A model generated the notes under the pieces. That model had not been told where the DNA came from. It saw only the letters and a program-made list of their open reading frames with translations, and ran no database searches. The position numbers and the translations under genes are program-made. Shown here one piece after another: positions 54,608 to 63,432 of a stretch of 64,000 nt of DNA. Within the stretch, counting starts at the first letter, position 1. Each line of letters starts with the position of its first letter. The stretch spans positions 64,398 through 128,397 of the forward strand of contig CAVFKA010000010.1 of NCBI GenBank assembly GCA_963623195.1, read 5' to 3'. The DNA is from a bacterium (GTDB taxonomy: Bacteria > Bacillota_I > Bacilli_A > RFN20 > CAG-826).

Positions 54608-55585
54608 ATGACAAAACCAAAAAAGATTATTGTCGCTTTGATTCCTCTTGCGCTTTACGCCGTCGCTGGCGCAAGCTATGGCATTGTTACTGCTATCCAG
54701 AACAATGCTAGCAAGTCGAACACAGCAAAAAAGCAAAATGATACTGGCGATTATCAGTTTGCTTTCTCTGGGACGGTTGAAACTGTCACAGGAAGAACCT
54801 TCACCCTTGATCTTAACGGAAACAAAGATGAAGAGAAAACTCTTACTTTAGCAGTAGAGGAAATGCCAGCCCTTTCAATTGGCGGAAATTGGGAATACGT
54901 CGAAAACAAAGGCTACAAAATTTTCCTCAACGACGCTAATGGCACATTCGCTTACACAAGGTATCACACAGATAGCAAAACATTTACTGTCATGTTTGAT
55001 TACGACATGGGCAATTTTGGCCAACCAAAAGTCAATCTCACATATAAAGATGAGGATTTTGCAACTAAATACGATGGAATCGGTTTAGGGAAAAAACCTC
55101 CGTCATTTAGTCTTACAGGCTATACAACCTTTAACCATTATGGTTATGGCTCCCTTCTTTTTAAGGAAGATGGAAGCGTTGTTGCAAACCTTACTAACAC
55201 CGGCGCTGGTTGGTATTTCAATAGAAGTGGTAAATGGGAATTTAATGAAGAAACCCAAGAATACGATTATTGGTTCACCGATCAAACGATATCCCTCACT
55301 GACGGAAATTTAAACATCCGTGGTGAAGATGGAGCTCATTACGTATGGTGGACAAAATTCACGAAAGATAGCGAAACTCCTGAGTTCCGTATTCAACTTG
55401 ATTATGATGAATTCGTAAATAAGTATCATCTTTTCACAGGTGAAGAATACAAATATCATACGGAATTCATTGAAGCGGAAAGCAAATATTATGCAACCGT
55501 GGACGCACAATATAACTGGGGTCTTAACACTGGAGATATCGTCGAATTCTCCGGATATGCATCCTTAGCTGATATGGAGGGTTAA
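54608..55585 (+). CDS. Signal-anchored, aromatic-rich extracytoplasmic protein of unknown function (possible glycan-binding partner of GH3)
   Basis: Strong AAAGGAG RBS and an N-terminal TM/signal (IIVALIPLALYAVAGASYG). The Y/W/F/N/G/T-rich body suggests a beta-rich fold. It ends 5 nt before GH3. Confidence 0.6.
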   Translation: MTKPKKIIVALIPLALYAVAGASYGIVTAIQNNASKSNTAKKQNDTGDYQFAFSGTVETVTGRTFTLDLNGNKDEEKTLTLAVEEMPALSIGGNWEYVENKGYKIFLNDANGTFAYTRYHTDSKTFTVMFDYDMGNFGQPKVNLTYKDEDFATKYDGIGLGKKPPSFSLTGYTTFNHYGYGSLLFKEDGSVVANLTNTGAGWYFNRSGKWEFNEETQEYDYWFTDQTISLTDGNLNIRGEDGAHYVWWTKFTKDSETPEFRIQLDYDEFVNKYHLFTGEEYKYHTEFIEAESKYYATVDAQYNWGLNTGDIVEFSGYASLADMEG

Positions 55586-55590
55586 TCAAA

Positions 55591-58380
55591 ATGAGTAAAA
55601 AACCAAGAATAGAACTGTTTATTCTTAAATGCTTAGGTGCCACCTATATATTGTCTGCTCTTATCGCAGGTAATGTGGCCGCCAATCAATATTCTTCATT
55701 GGTAACTAAGTTTTTCCATCAACAAGAAACAAAGATCATCAATAATGACGATGGTGGAAAAAAGAACACAGAAGATTACAAACTTGACTACAATTCAGTA
55801 GAAGAATTAGAAAAAGATGAGAGAGCTTACGCGGAAGAAGTCCAATCTGAAGGCGTTATTCTTCTTCAAAATAAGAATCTTCCTCTTCAAGGTTGCAAGA
55901 CGACCCTTCTAGGCTTATATAGCCGTGATGACAAACTCTCTGGTGGCGTTTCCGTTTCTAGCAACGCACCAAAGATGGCAGACAAATTCAAAGAAGCAGG
56001 TTTCGACATCAATCAAACAATGGTCGATTATTATAAGACTCTTGATGCTGAAACGGATCCAGCCGAATTCTCTAGCAAGGCGATTTCATCAATACAAAAT
56101 TACAATGATCTTGCCGTTGTCGTCCTCTTTAGCGGCGGTGCAGAAGGCGTAGATATCACAGCAAACGACCTTCGTTTCTCTGATACAGAAAAAACTTTAA
56201 TCTCATACGCTTCAAAGAATTTCAAGAATGTTGTCGTTCTTCTAAACACATCAAATACCGTTGAACTTGGATACTTGGAACAATTCAACAATCTTTCAAC
56301 CTTGTATATCAACTTTGCTGGCGATGCCGGAATTGGTTCTGTTCCAAAAATCATCAACGGAACAATCAATCCTTCTGGAAAAACGGCAGACACCTTTGCC
56401 TACAACGTCGAATCGCCGATCTCAATGCTTAACTATGAAAATAGTTCTTCCGATCAAGCCATAATTGGAGGAGATGGTAAAAAGGCAGGTAACTACGTCA
56501 ATTATATCGAGGGCATCTATGTTGGCTATAGATATTTCGAAACAAGATACGAAGATGTGGTCTTAGGAAATGCCAATACTGGTTCGTTTGACTATAAGAG
56601 CCTTGTTCAATATCCGTTTGGCTATGGGCTCTCCTATACGACATTCGACTATTCTAATTTCGACTGCCAAGAGAGCGGATCTTCATTTAAACTCTCTGTC
56701 AAAGTAACGAATACTGGCAAAGTTGACGGAAAAGAAGCAGTTGGCTTCTATATGCAATCTCCATATACCGATTATGACAAAGAAAACGGCATCGAAAAAG
56801 CATCCGTCCAACTTGTGGAATTCGGAAAAACAAGCACTTTAAAAGCAGGCGAGAGCGAAACAATATCCGTTGAAGTCAGCAAAAAAGAAATGCGCGCTTA
56901 CGATGAAACAAAAGCGAAGACATATATCGTTGATGATGGAAAATATTACTTTACTGCCGCTAGCGATTCCCATAAGGCCATCAATAATATCCTTATGGCA
57001 AAAAACAATGAAGGCGATGTTAAGGTAAACGCAAGCTTGATGAGTGGGAATGGTGATGCCACACTTGTTGGAAGCTATAACCAAAAGACATTCGATAATA
57101 CAACCTACGCTATTGGAAAAGACGGCAAGACAATCACAAATCAGTTTGCCGATGTCAACATGAATTACTATTACGAAGGTTCAACAACCTACGTTTCTAG
57201 AAAAAATTGGGTTGGCACAATACCAGCCGAAAAAGCAGGAGACATCCAAGCAACCGATAAACTTCTTGCTGATTTCAACCCAACATATGACACCGATGGT
57301 CAAGAGGCCCCAACTTTAAACGAGAGCAACGGATTGTCCCTTGCTTCGATGATTGGCATTGACTATGACAATGAATATTGGGATAAACTTCTAAATCAAA
57401 TGTCCGCTGAAGAGCTTATGTCTTTGGTTGCCCATGGCGGTTTCCAAACCGAAGCGGTCTCCTCGATTAACAAGCCAGCATCAACAGATAAAGATGGTCC
57501 AGCGGGACTTGACGCCTCTCAACTTGGCGGCGATACTTGCTATACCTTCCCATCTGATAGCATGTTTGCTTGCACTTGGAACAAAGAACTCATCGGCAAA
57601 TATGGCTACTATATCTCACAAGATTGCCTTATCACAGGTACAACAGGCTGGTATGCACCAGCATGTAATATCCACAGAGTCGCAATTTGTGGCAGAACAA
57701 GAGAATATTTCTCTGAAGATCCATATCTTTCTGGTGCTATGTCTTATGTTATTTCCTCATCGGCTCAGAAAAATGGCGTTGTAACATACGTTAAGCACTT
57801 TGCCTTGAATGAGCAAGAGAACAATCGTTCAAACGTCTGCACTTTCTCTAACGAACAAGCAATCCGCGAAATTTACTTAAAGCCATTTGAAATGGCCGTC
57901 GCTGAAGGCGGATCGATGGGCGTCATGACCTCCATGAACAGAGTTGGAACGGTCTATTCTTCCTCCAAACGTTCTCTTTGCACTGATGTCTTGAAGAATG
58001 AATGGGGCTTTAAAGGCGTCGTCATTACAGATTTCGTCAGCGGTGCTTCAAGCAAAGTTGTCGCTCTTGAGATGATTATGGCTGGCACAGATCTCTTCCT
58101 TTGCACAGCAAGCGGAACAGGCCTTTATGTTGCTGATTACGCAACAAATAACGCTGTTCTCAATCAATTAAGAGATTCAGCACATAGAATTTGCTATGCA
58201 TATGCCAACTCTAACTTGATGAATGGTCTCTCTTCGAGTTCGATCATCGTTAAAGTCACACCGGCTTGGAAATATTTCATGATTGCCGCCGATGCCATCA
58301 TTGTCTATGCCCTTTATCTCTGGGTTTTATCCCCAATACTTTTCAAGAAAGATAAAAAAGAAGGAGAAAATGACAAATGA
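55591..58380 (+). CDS. Glycoside hydrolase family 3, domain-permuted, N-terminal signal/anchor plus C-terminal TM anchor (paralog of 20643-23516)
   Basis: Same domain order as cassette 1: LLQNKNLPLQ, FSGGAEGVD, INPSGKTADTFA; YPFGYGLSYTTF, VKVTNTGKVDGKEAVGFY; KHFALNEQENNR, SMNRVG, VVITDF. The terminal helix is followed by KKDKKEGENDK. Confidence 0.85.
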   Translation: MSKKPRIELFILKCLGATYILSALIAGNVAANQYSSLVTKFFHQQETKIINNDDGGKKNTEDYKLDYNSVEELEKDERAYAEEVQSEGVILLQNKNLPLQGCKTTLLGLYSRDDKLSGGVSVSSNAPKMADKFKEAGFDINQTMVDYYKTLDAETDPAEFSSKAISSIQNYNDLAVVVLFSGGAEGVDITANDLRFSDTEKTLISYASKNFKNVVVLLNTSNTVELGYLEQFNNLSTLYINFAGDAGIGSVPKIINGTINPSGKTADTFAYNVESPISMLNYENSSSDQAIIGGDGKKAGNYVNYIEGIYVGYRYFETRYEDVVLGNANTGSFDYKSLVQYPFGYGLSYTTFDYSNFDCQESGSSFKLSVKVTNTGKVDGKEAVGFYMQSPYTDYDKENGIEKASVQLVEFGKTSTLKAGESETISVEVSKKEMRAYDETKAKTYIVDDGKYYFTAASDSHKAINNILMAKNNEGDVKVNASLMSGNGDATLVGSYNQKTFDNTTYAIGKDGKTITNQFADVNMNYYYEGSTTYVSRKNWVGTIPAEKAGDIQATDKLLADFNPTYDTDGQEAPTLNESNGLSLASMIGIDYDNEYWDKLLNQMSAEELMSLVAHGGFQTEAVSSINKPASTDKDGPAGLDASQLGGDTCYTFPSDSMFACTWNKELIGKYGYYISQDCLITGTTGWYAPACNIHRVAICGRTREYFSEDPYLSGAMSYVISSSAQKNGVVTYVKHFALNEQENNRSNVCTFSNEQAIREIYLKPFEMAVAEGGSMGVMTSMNRVGTVYSSSKRSLCTDVLKNEWGFKGVVITDFVSGASSKVVALEMIMAGTDLFLCTASGTGLYVADYATNNAVLNQLRDSAHRICYAYANSNLMNGLSSSSIIVKVTPAWKYFMIAADAIIVYALYLWVLSPILFKKDKKEGENDK

Positions 58381-58721
58381 ACCTCAAAATTAATAACAAA
58401 TTAGACTATCTCAATCTTGGCTCAGTAATTGGCTCGTTGATTGGATTCGTTCTTGCTCTTGTTGGCTGCTTAGCCTTATCAAACAAGGTTGGCATTGGTG
58501 TAAACACATCTCTCTCCCCTGTTGTCTATGTTGGCATAGCTGTCCTCGTTGTTGGTCTCGCTTTATCGATTGCTGGCAACATCTACTATGAGAAGAAAGA
58601 TGACATGAATAGAATCTTCGCTAGCACAGCTCTATATGTTGCCGTGATAGCCTTGATGATTGTTGCAGTTGTTATCATTCTTACAATCCTCATGCCTGTT
58701 CTTCATCCAACAAACGGTTAA
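58377..58721 (+). CDS. Small polytopic membrane protein coupled to GH3 (cassette 2)
   Basis: ATGA overlap with the GH3 stop. Three to four TM helices. Confidence 0.6.
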   Translation: MNLKINNKLDYLNLGSVIGSLIGFVLALVGCLALSNKVGIGVNTSLSPVVYVGIAVLVVGLALSIAGNIYYEKKDDMNRIFASTALYVAVIALMIVAVVIILTILMPVLHPTNG

Positions 58722-58738
58722 AGAATTATCAAAAAAGA

Positions 58739-58770
58739 AGTCGGAATTGAAAAAAGTTCCGGCTTTTTTT
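58739..58770 (+). terminator. Rho-independent terminator
   Basis: AGTCGGAA-ttgaaaaaag-TTCCGGCT plus T7. Confidence 0.75.
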
Positions 58771-58883
58771 GATAAATGAATATCAAAAAAAACAACAACA
58801 TGGTTTAAATGAAGATGATTGCTCATTCTTAGAAAAACATTCAATTATCCTAACTATTGCAGGTTCTAAGAATGATGAAGAAA

Positions 58884-58892
58884 TGGTATAAT
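58884..58892 (+). promoter_or_regulatory. Extended -10 element TGgTATAAT, 8 nt upstream of the recQ ATG
   Basis: Read directly from the sequence. No SD lies between it and the ATG at 58901. Confidence 0.4.
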
Positions 58893-58900
58893 CTTTAGGT

Positions 58901-61192
58901 ATGTCATTATTCGGAAACAAAGAGAAAGCAATTGAAATAGTGCTCCTAGAATCTTTTAGGGATACCATTCAATCTCTTTTGAATAACAAAGAAAGATATA
59001 TCGAAGAGAGCCTTTTTCTTTCTTCATACGAAAAGGCAAGGGATGCCCACGCAAAACTTCAAGGAATGGAGGATGAGAGTTTCCTTAAGAAATGGTGCAA
59101 GAAGAAAAATGTCTTGTATGCATACGTTATAGAACTTCTCGTTTTCTTTAGAAACTCTAAGTCGAAAGTTGAGTTTCATAACAAAGAATATCTAAAATCC
59201 CACCCATTTCCAAATGAGCCTGAAACCATAGAAAAAGAAGAACCATCAATAATTGAAGAGGTTCAAGAAAAGCCCGTGACTTTAGAGGAAGAGGTTGAAG
59301 AGACACCAATTTCTATAGAACCAGAACCTTCTGAAGAAAAGCCCTCTAAGACTCTAGCAAAAGAAATCCTAAAAGATCATTTTGGCTACGATTCATTTAG
59401 GAAAGGCCAAGAAGAAATCATTAACAGCATTCTTAGTGGCAAAGATACCTTAGCAATCATGCCAACAGGCGCTGGAAAATCAATTTGTTACCAGATACCT
59501 TCCTTGATTTTAGAGGGAGTCACGCTAGTTATCTCCCCTCTTTTGTCTTTGATGCAAGATCAAGTCAAAGCCCTTAAAGAAGCAGGTATCGCGGCCGCAT
59601 ACATAAATAGTTCATTGAATATGAATCAATATAACAAAGCCTTGGAAAATCTTTCAAAAGGCCTATATAAGATTGTATATGTCGCACCAGAAAGACTTAG
59701 CAATGAGAGATTTATCGAGGCCATCAAAGAACTAGATATTTCTATGCTAACCATCGATGAAGCACATTGCATCTCCCAATGGGGACAAGACTTCAGGCCT
59801 GATTATATGAAAATCGTCGATTTCATCAAGAAATTAAAGAAAAGACCGATACTGAGTGCTTTCACCGCAACCGCAACCAATAACGTAAGAGAAGACATCA
59901 TTTGCATTCTAGGGCTAAATGATCCTTTTGTCTTGATCAATGGTTTCAATCGAGAAAATCTTTATTTCGAAGTCCAAAGAATTCCTGAAAACGTCAAGAT
60001 TGATTACGTGCTCAAATATATTTCATCTCATGAAGATGAATCAGGAATCATCTATTGCTCAACTAGAAATAACGTGGATGAAGTCTATAACGTTTTGTTA
60101 TCTAATGGCATTTCAGTTAGCAAATATCATGCCGGAATGAATGAAAACGCACGTAAGATGATGCAAGATGGTTTCATCTACGATAAAACGAACATCATGG
60201 TTGCCACTAACGCTTTCGGAATGGGCATCGATAAATCGAACGTTAGATTTGTAATTCATTACAATATGCCACAAAGCATCGAGAATTATTATCAAGAAGC
60301 AGGTAGAGCTGGGAGAGATGGCCTAGATTCTAAGTGCATCCTCTTATATTCCCCAAGAGATGTAAGGATTAACGAATTGCTAATTGGTCATTCAGACAAT
60401 GAAGATCTATCTTTTGAAGAAATCGAAAGCATCAAAGAAAGAAATCTTAAAAAGCTAAGAATAATGCAAGGATATTGCTATACGGCAGATTGCTTAAGAA
60501 ACTACATTCTTAAATATTTTGGCGAGAACCCTCTTGAACCTTGTGGCGATTGTTTTAATTGCAACCACAACTTTGAAACGCTGGATGTCACCGAAGAATC
60601 AAAAACGATAATCAATTGCGTATCCGAACTTAAAGGCAGATATGGCAGAGGCGTGATAGTTGACGTCTTATCCTCTTCAAAAAGTGCGAAGATGGAACAA
60701 ATCGGGGCTACAAACCTCAAAACATATGGAAAATTGTCTTCAACGAAGAAGACTTTGATTAACAAAATCATCGATCAATTACTCTTAGAGGAGTATCTCG
60801 TTTCAAGAACGATTCATGATTTCCCAGTAATAGGTATTGGAAATATCGAAGAACTAAAAAATCCAGAAACGAAAGTAATCATCAAAATAATCGAAGAAGA
60901 CAAACTTCCAGAACGCATAGTTAAGAAGAAAAACGTCTCCAAAGGAGATCTCGACTCATCTCAACATAGATTGTTTGAAGTATTAAGGAAACTAAGATTA
61001 GAAATAGCAAGAGAGATAAACATGCCCCCATACATCGTATTTGACGATAAATGCTTGATTGATATGGCCCTAAAGGCTCCAACAAACAAAGAAGAAATGC
61101 TTAATGTTTCTGGTGTAGGAGAAGTTAAGTTTGAAAAATACGGGGAAAGATTCCTAGAGGCTATTGAGGCATTCGCTCTTTCGAATAAGTAA
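58901..61192 (+). CDS. recQ: ATP-dependent DNA helicase RecQ with a ~150-aa N-terminal extension
   Basis: FGYDSFRKGQEEII, MPTGAGKS, DEAH box TIDEAHCISQWGQDFR, Zn-finger CGDCFNC and a C-terminal HRDC (LFEVLRKLRLEIAREINMPPYIVFDD). Confidence 0.9.
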   Translation: MSLFGNKEKAIEIVLLESFRDTIQSLLNNKERYIEESLFLSSYEKARDAHAKLQGMEDESFLKKWCKKKNVLYAYVIELLVFFRNSKSKVEFHNKEYLKSHPFPNEPETIEKEEPSIIEEVQEKPVTLEEEVEETPISIEPEPSEEKPSKTLAKEILKDHFGYDSFRKGQEEIINSILSGKDTLAIMPTGAGKSICYQIPSLILEGVTLVISPLLSLMQDQVKALKEAGIAAAYINSSLNMNQYNKALENLSKGLYKIVYVAPERLSNERFIEAIKELDISMLTIDEAHCISQWGQDFRPDYMKIVDFIKKLKKRPILSAFTATATNNVREDIICILGLNDPFVLINGFNRENLYFEVQRIPENVKIDYVLKYISSHEDESGIIYCSTRNNVDEVYNVLLSNGISVSKYHAGMNENARKMMQDGFIYDKTNIMVATNAFGMGIDKSNVRFVIHYNMPQSIENYYQEAGRAGRDGLDSKCILLYSPRDVRINELLIGHSDNEDLSFEEIESIKERNLKKLRIMQGYCYTADCLRNYILKYFGENPLEPCGDCFNCNHNFETLDVTEESKTIINCVSELKGRYGRGVIVDVLSSSKSAKMEQIGATNLKTYGKLSSTKKTLINKIIDQLLLEEYLVSRTIHDFPVIGIGNIEELKNPETKVIIKIIEEDKLPERIVKKKNVSKGDLDSSQHRLFEVLRKLRLEIAREINMPPYIVFDDKCLIDMALKAPTNKEEMLNVSGVGEVKFEKYGERFLEAIEAFALSNK

Positions 61193-61490
61193 ACTAAAAC
61201 TTATTTTTTCGACTGATCTTTTCGTTGTTTACGGGATCATCATCAGGGGTTTTTGAAGTTTTTCTTTCTATTCATTAATATGAGGATTGTGAAAACAATA
61301 ACTTCTCTTATCAAACGGATCCCTAAACATCAATTTTTAATTCCATTTATCACATTGCATCGAGTTTTTTCTGATAACTTGATTAATCGACTGTCAATTT
61401 ATGGATTGATATATTTATATATAGTGCTAAAATATTGTACAAGCGATAACGTTAAGTTGTTACTAAGAAAGTTTCTGTAGAGAAAGAATT

Positions 61491-61949
61491 ATGACGAAGA
61501 AATTAACTTATTTATTGATGAGTTTCGTTCTTTTAGGCTCTTTAAGTGCGACCGTAATTCTCTATAATACTTTCAAAAACAACAATAACGATATCCTTAG
61601 CAATGGCGAATCGCTTAAAGAAATGGTGACAAACATCACCGATATCGCCCCAGGAAAGGGAGAAGAGGTTACCTATACTTTGAATAACAAAGGTAGCTAT
61701 TCTCTTTCAGTTGCTTTCAGAGAAAAAGACAAAGACGCTCTTTTAAATGATTATCTTGTTGTGACTATCAAAGCAAGTGATTACACGTTTACAGCCAATC
61801 TCAAAGACGTTTTAAACAAAGAAAGAATGAGCGTTGGAGATAACGTTAAAGAAGTCACCTTAACCTACACTTTGCCTGAATCAGCTGATAACTCCACCCA
61901 AAATCAATCGACGTCCTTTTACGTTGATTTGATCACCAAAAGAAAATAA
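61491..61949 (+). CDS. Small secreted beta-sandwich-like protein (TasA/camelysin-neighbourhood family)
   Basis: N-terminal signal/anchor (LLMSFVLLGSLSATVILY), then IAPGKGEEVTYTLNNKGSYSLSV. It is the first gene of the sipW cluster. Confidence 0.55.
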   Translation: MTKKLTYLLMSFVLLGSLSATVILYNTFKNNNNDILSNGESLKEMVTNITDIAPGKGEEVTYTLNNKGSYSLSVAFREKDKDALLNDYLVVTIKASDYTFTANLKDVLNKERMSVGDNVKEVTLTYTLPESADNSTQNQSTSFYVDLITKRK

Positions 61950-61954
61950 AAACA

Positions 61955-62722
61955 ATGGAAGACATTAAACCTAAGAAAAACATATTTAAAATCATCCTTA
62001 AAACGGTTGAATATATCTTTGTCGGAATTATTGCCGCATTAGCGATCTTCTCCATTTCGATAACGATTGCTTCAAAGAAAGATAGCGATGGCACAGCGAC
62101 TGTATTTGGCCATCAATTGAGATTCGTCCAATCCGCTTCGATGGAAAAATGCGATTTAGTCGATGTATCGCAATACCAAATCAAAGACATTCCAGTGAAA
62201 TCGTGCGTATTCATTGAAACTGTTCCTACCTTAGAAAATGAAGCGAAAGAATGGTATGCTTCTCTCAAAGTAGGTGATGTCCTTACCTTCAAATACGTTT
62301 ACACCAAACAAGAAACAATCACCCATAGAATCACAAGCATCACTCAAAATACCAACAATGACGGATATACCATCCAATTAAGAGGTGATAACAGAAATTC
62401 CGAAGATGGAGTTTCAACCCAAATCATCGATACTTCCCTAACAGCATCAAGTAACTATGTCATTGGGAAGGTTGTCGGACAATCATACGCCTTAGGACTT
62501 CTCGTATACGCGATAAAAACACCTGTTGGAATAATCTGCATCTTCATCGTTCCATGCACCCTCATCATCATCTGGGAAATAATTAGGATCGTAAGAGCCT
62601 TCTCTTCCGAAAGAAAAGAGAAACAACTTGCTCTCCAACAAGGAAAAGACGCTGAAATCGAACAATTGAAGAAACAACTTGAAGAACTTAACGCTAAAAA
62701 CGATAAGAAGGAGGATGAATAA
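61955..62722 (+). CDS. sipW: Signal peptidase I, SipW (archaeal/ER) type, with a C-terminal TM helix and coiled-coil tail
   Basis: VFGHQLRFVQSASMEK (Ser box), ITHRI (His box) and LRGDNRNSEDG align with B. subtilis SipW boxes. Confidence 0.8.
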   Translation: MEDIKPKKNIFKIILKTVEYIFVGIIAALAIFSISITIASKKDSDGTATVFGHQLRFVQSASMEKCDLVDVSQYQIKDIPVKSCVFIETVPTLENEAKEWYASLKVGDVLTFKYVYTKQETITHRITSITQNTNNDGYTIQLRGDNRNSEDGVSTQIIDTSLTASSNYVIGKVVGQSYALGLLVYAIKTPVGIICIFIVPCTLIIIWEIIRIVRAFSSERKEKQLALQQGKDAEIEQLKKQLEELNAKNDKKEDE

Positions 62723-63432
62723 TGGAAATTCTTATCTATATATTAATAGGTTTAGTCGCATTAGTGACCATCTTCATCGGATTTACTGTCGTTAAAGACG
62801 CTGTGAAAGAAAGAAAAGAAGAAAAAGCCAAAGCTGAGGAAGCAAAAGAAGAAACTCCAGTTGAGGAAAAGCCAATCGTTCCTGAAACTCCTGCTGTTAT
62901 AGAAGAGGAAGCAAAAGAAGAGGAAGAAACCCCAAAAGAAATCCTTGTTCCTCAAAGCGATGTCAGTTTTGATGTAAAATCTAAGACCCTTGAAGAGAAA
63001 TACCTCGCATTGTCTCCTGAATACAAAGGATATTACGATGAAATCGTTAAAGTCGCCATGTCCGTTGAAAACTCCAAGCGAATCAAGAATGCTTCATATG
63101 AAGACTACAAACTTGGCAAGAACAGACTCGTAAGACTCAAAATCAAGAGAGAACAAGTCGTTGCCGAACTCATCATCCCAAATCTCTCCTTCAAAACATA
63201 CACATCTGAAGGAAATAACGCACTAAAAGCTGCCCCATCAATCGTAAAAGTCGTTGATGAAGCGTCGCTTAATGCCGTTAAAGAAGGCATTGCCTACACC
63301 TTAAAGGCAATAGATGACGAAAAGGCATATAAGAAAGAACTTGCCAAAGAAAAAAGACGTAAAGCAAAAGAAGAAAAGGAAACACTCGCCAATGATGGCG
63401 AAGATAAAACAAAGGAAGGAGGAAAACAATAA
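62722..63432 (+). CDS. TM-anchored protein with an E/K/P-rich linker, function unknown
   Basis: ATGA/TAATG coupling on both sides. N-terminal TM helix. No motif recognised. Confidence 0.5.
   Translation: MEILIYILIGLVALVTIFIGFTVVKDAVKERKEEKAKAEEAKEETPVEEKPIVPETPAVIEEEAKEEEETPKEILVPQSDVSFDVKSKTLEEKYLALSPEYKGYYDEIVKVAMSVENSKRIKNASYEDYKLGKNRLVRLKIKREQVVAELIIPNLSFKTYTSEGNNALKAAPSIVKVVDEASLNAVKEGIAYTLKAIDDEKAYKKELAKEKRRKAKEEKETLANDGEDKTKEGGKQ

Noticed and set aside
58374-58382. UGA read as Trp (genetic code 4)
   Set aside because: TGA terminates well-supported genes, such as GH3-2 at 58378-58380 and the hydrolase at 46444-46446. Trp is encoded by TGG throughout, so code 11 applies.
61253-61480. 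75-aa ORF in the long gap between recQ and the sipW cluster
   Set aside because: It has very AT-rich, low-complexity codon usage, no SD and a non-ATG start. I treat it as part of the regulatory region upstream of the sipW cluster.
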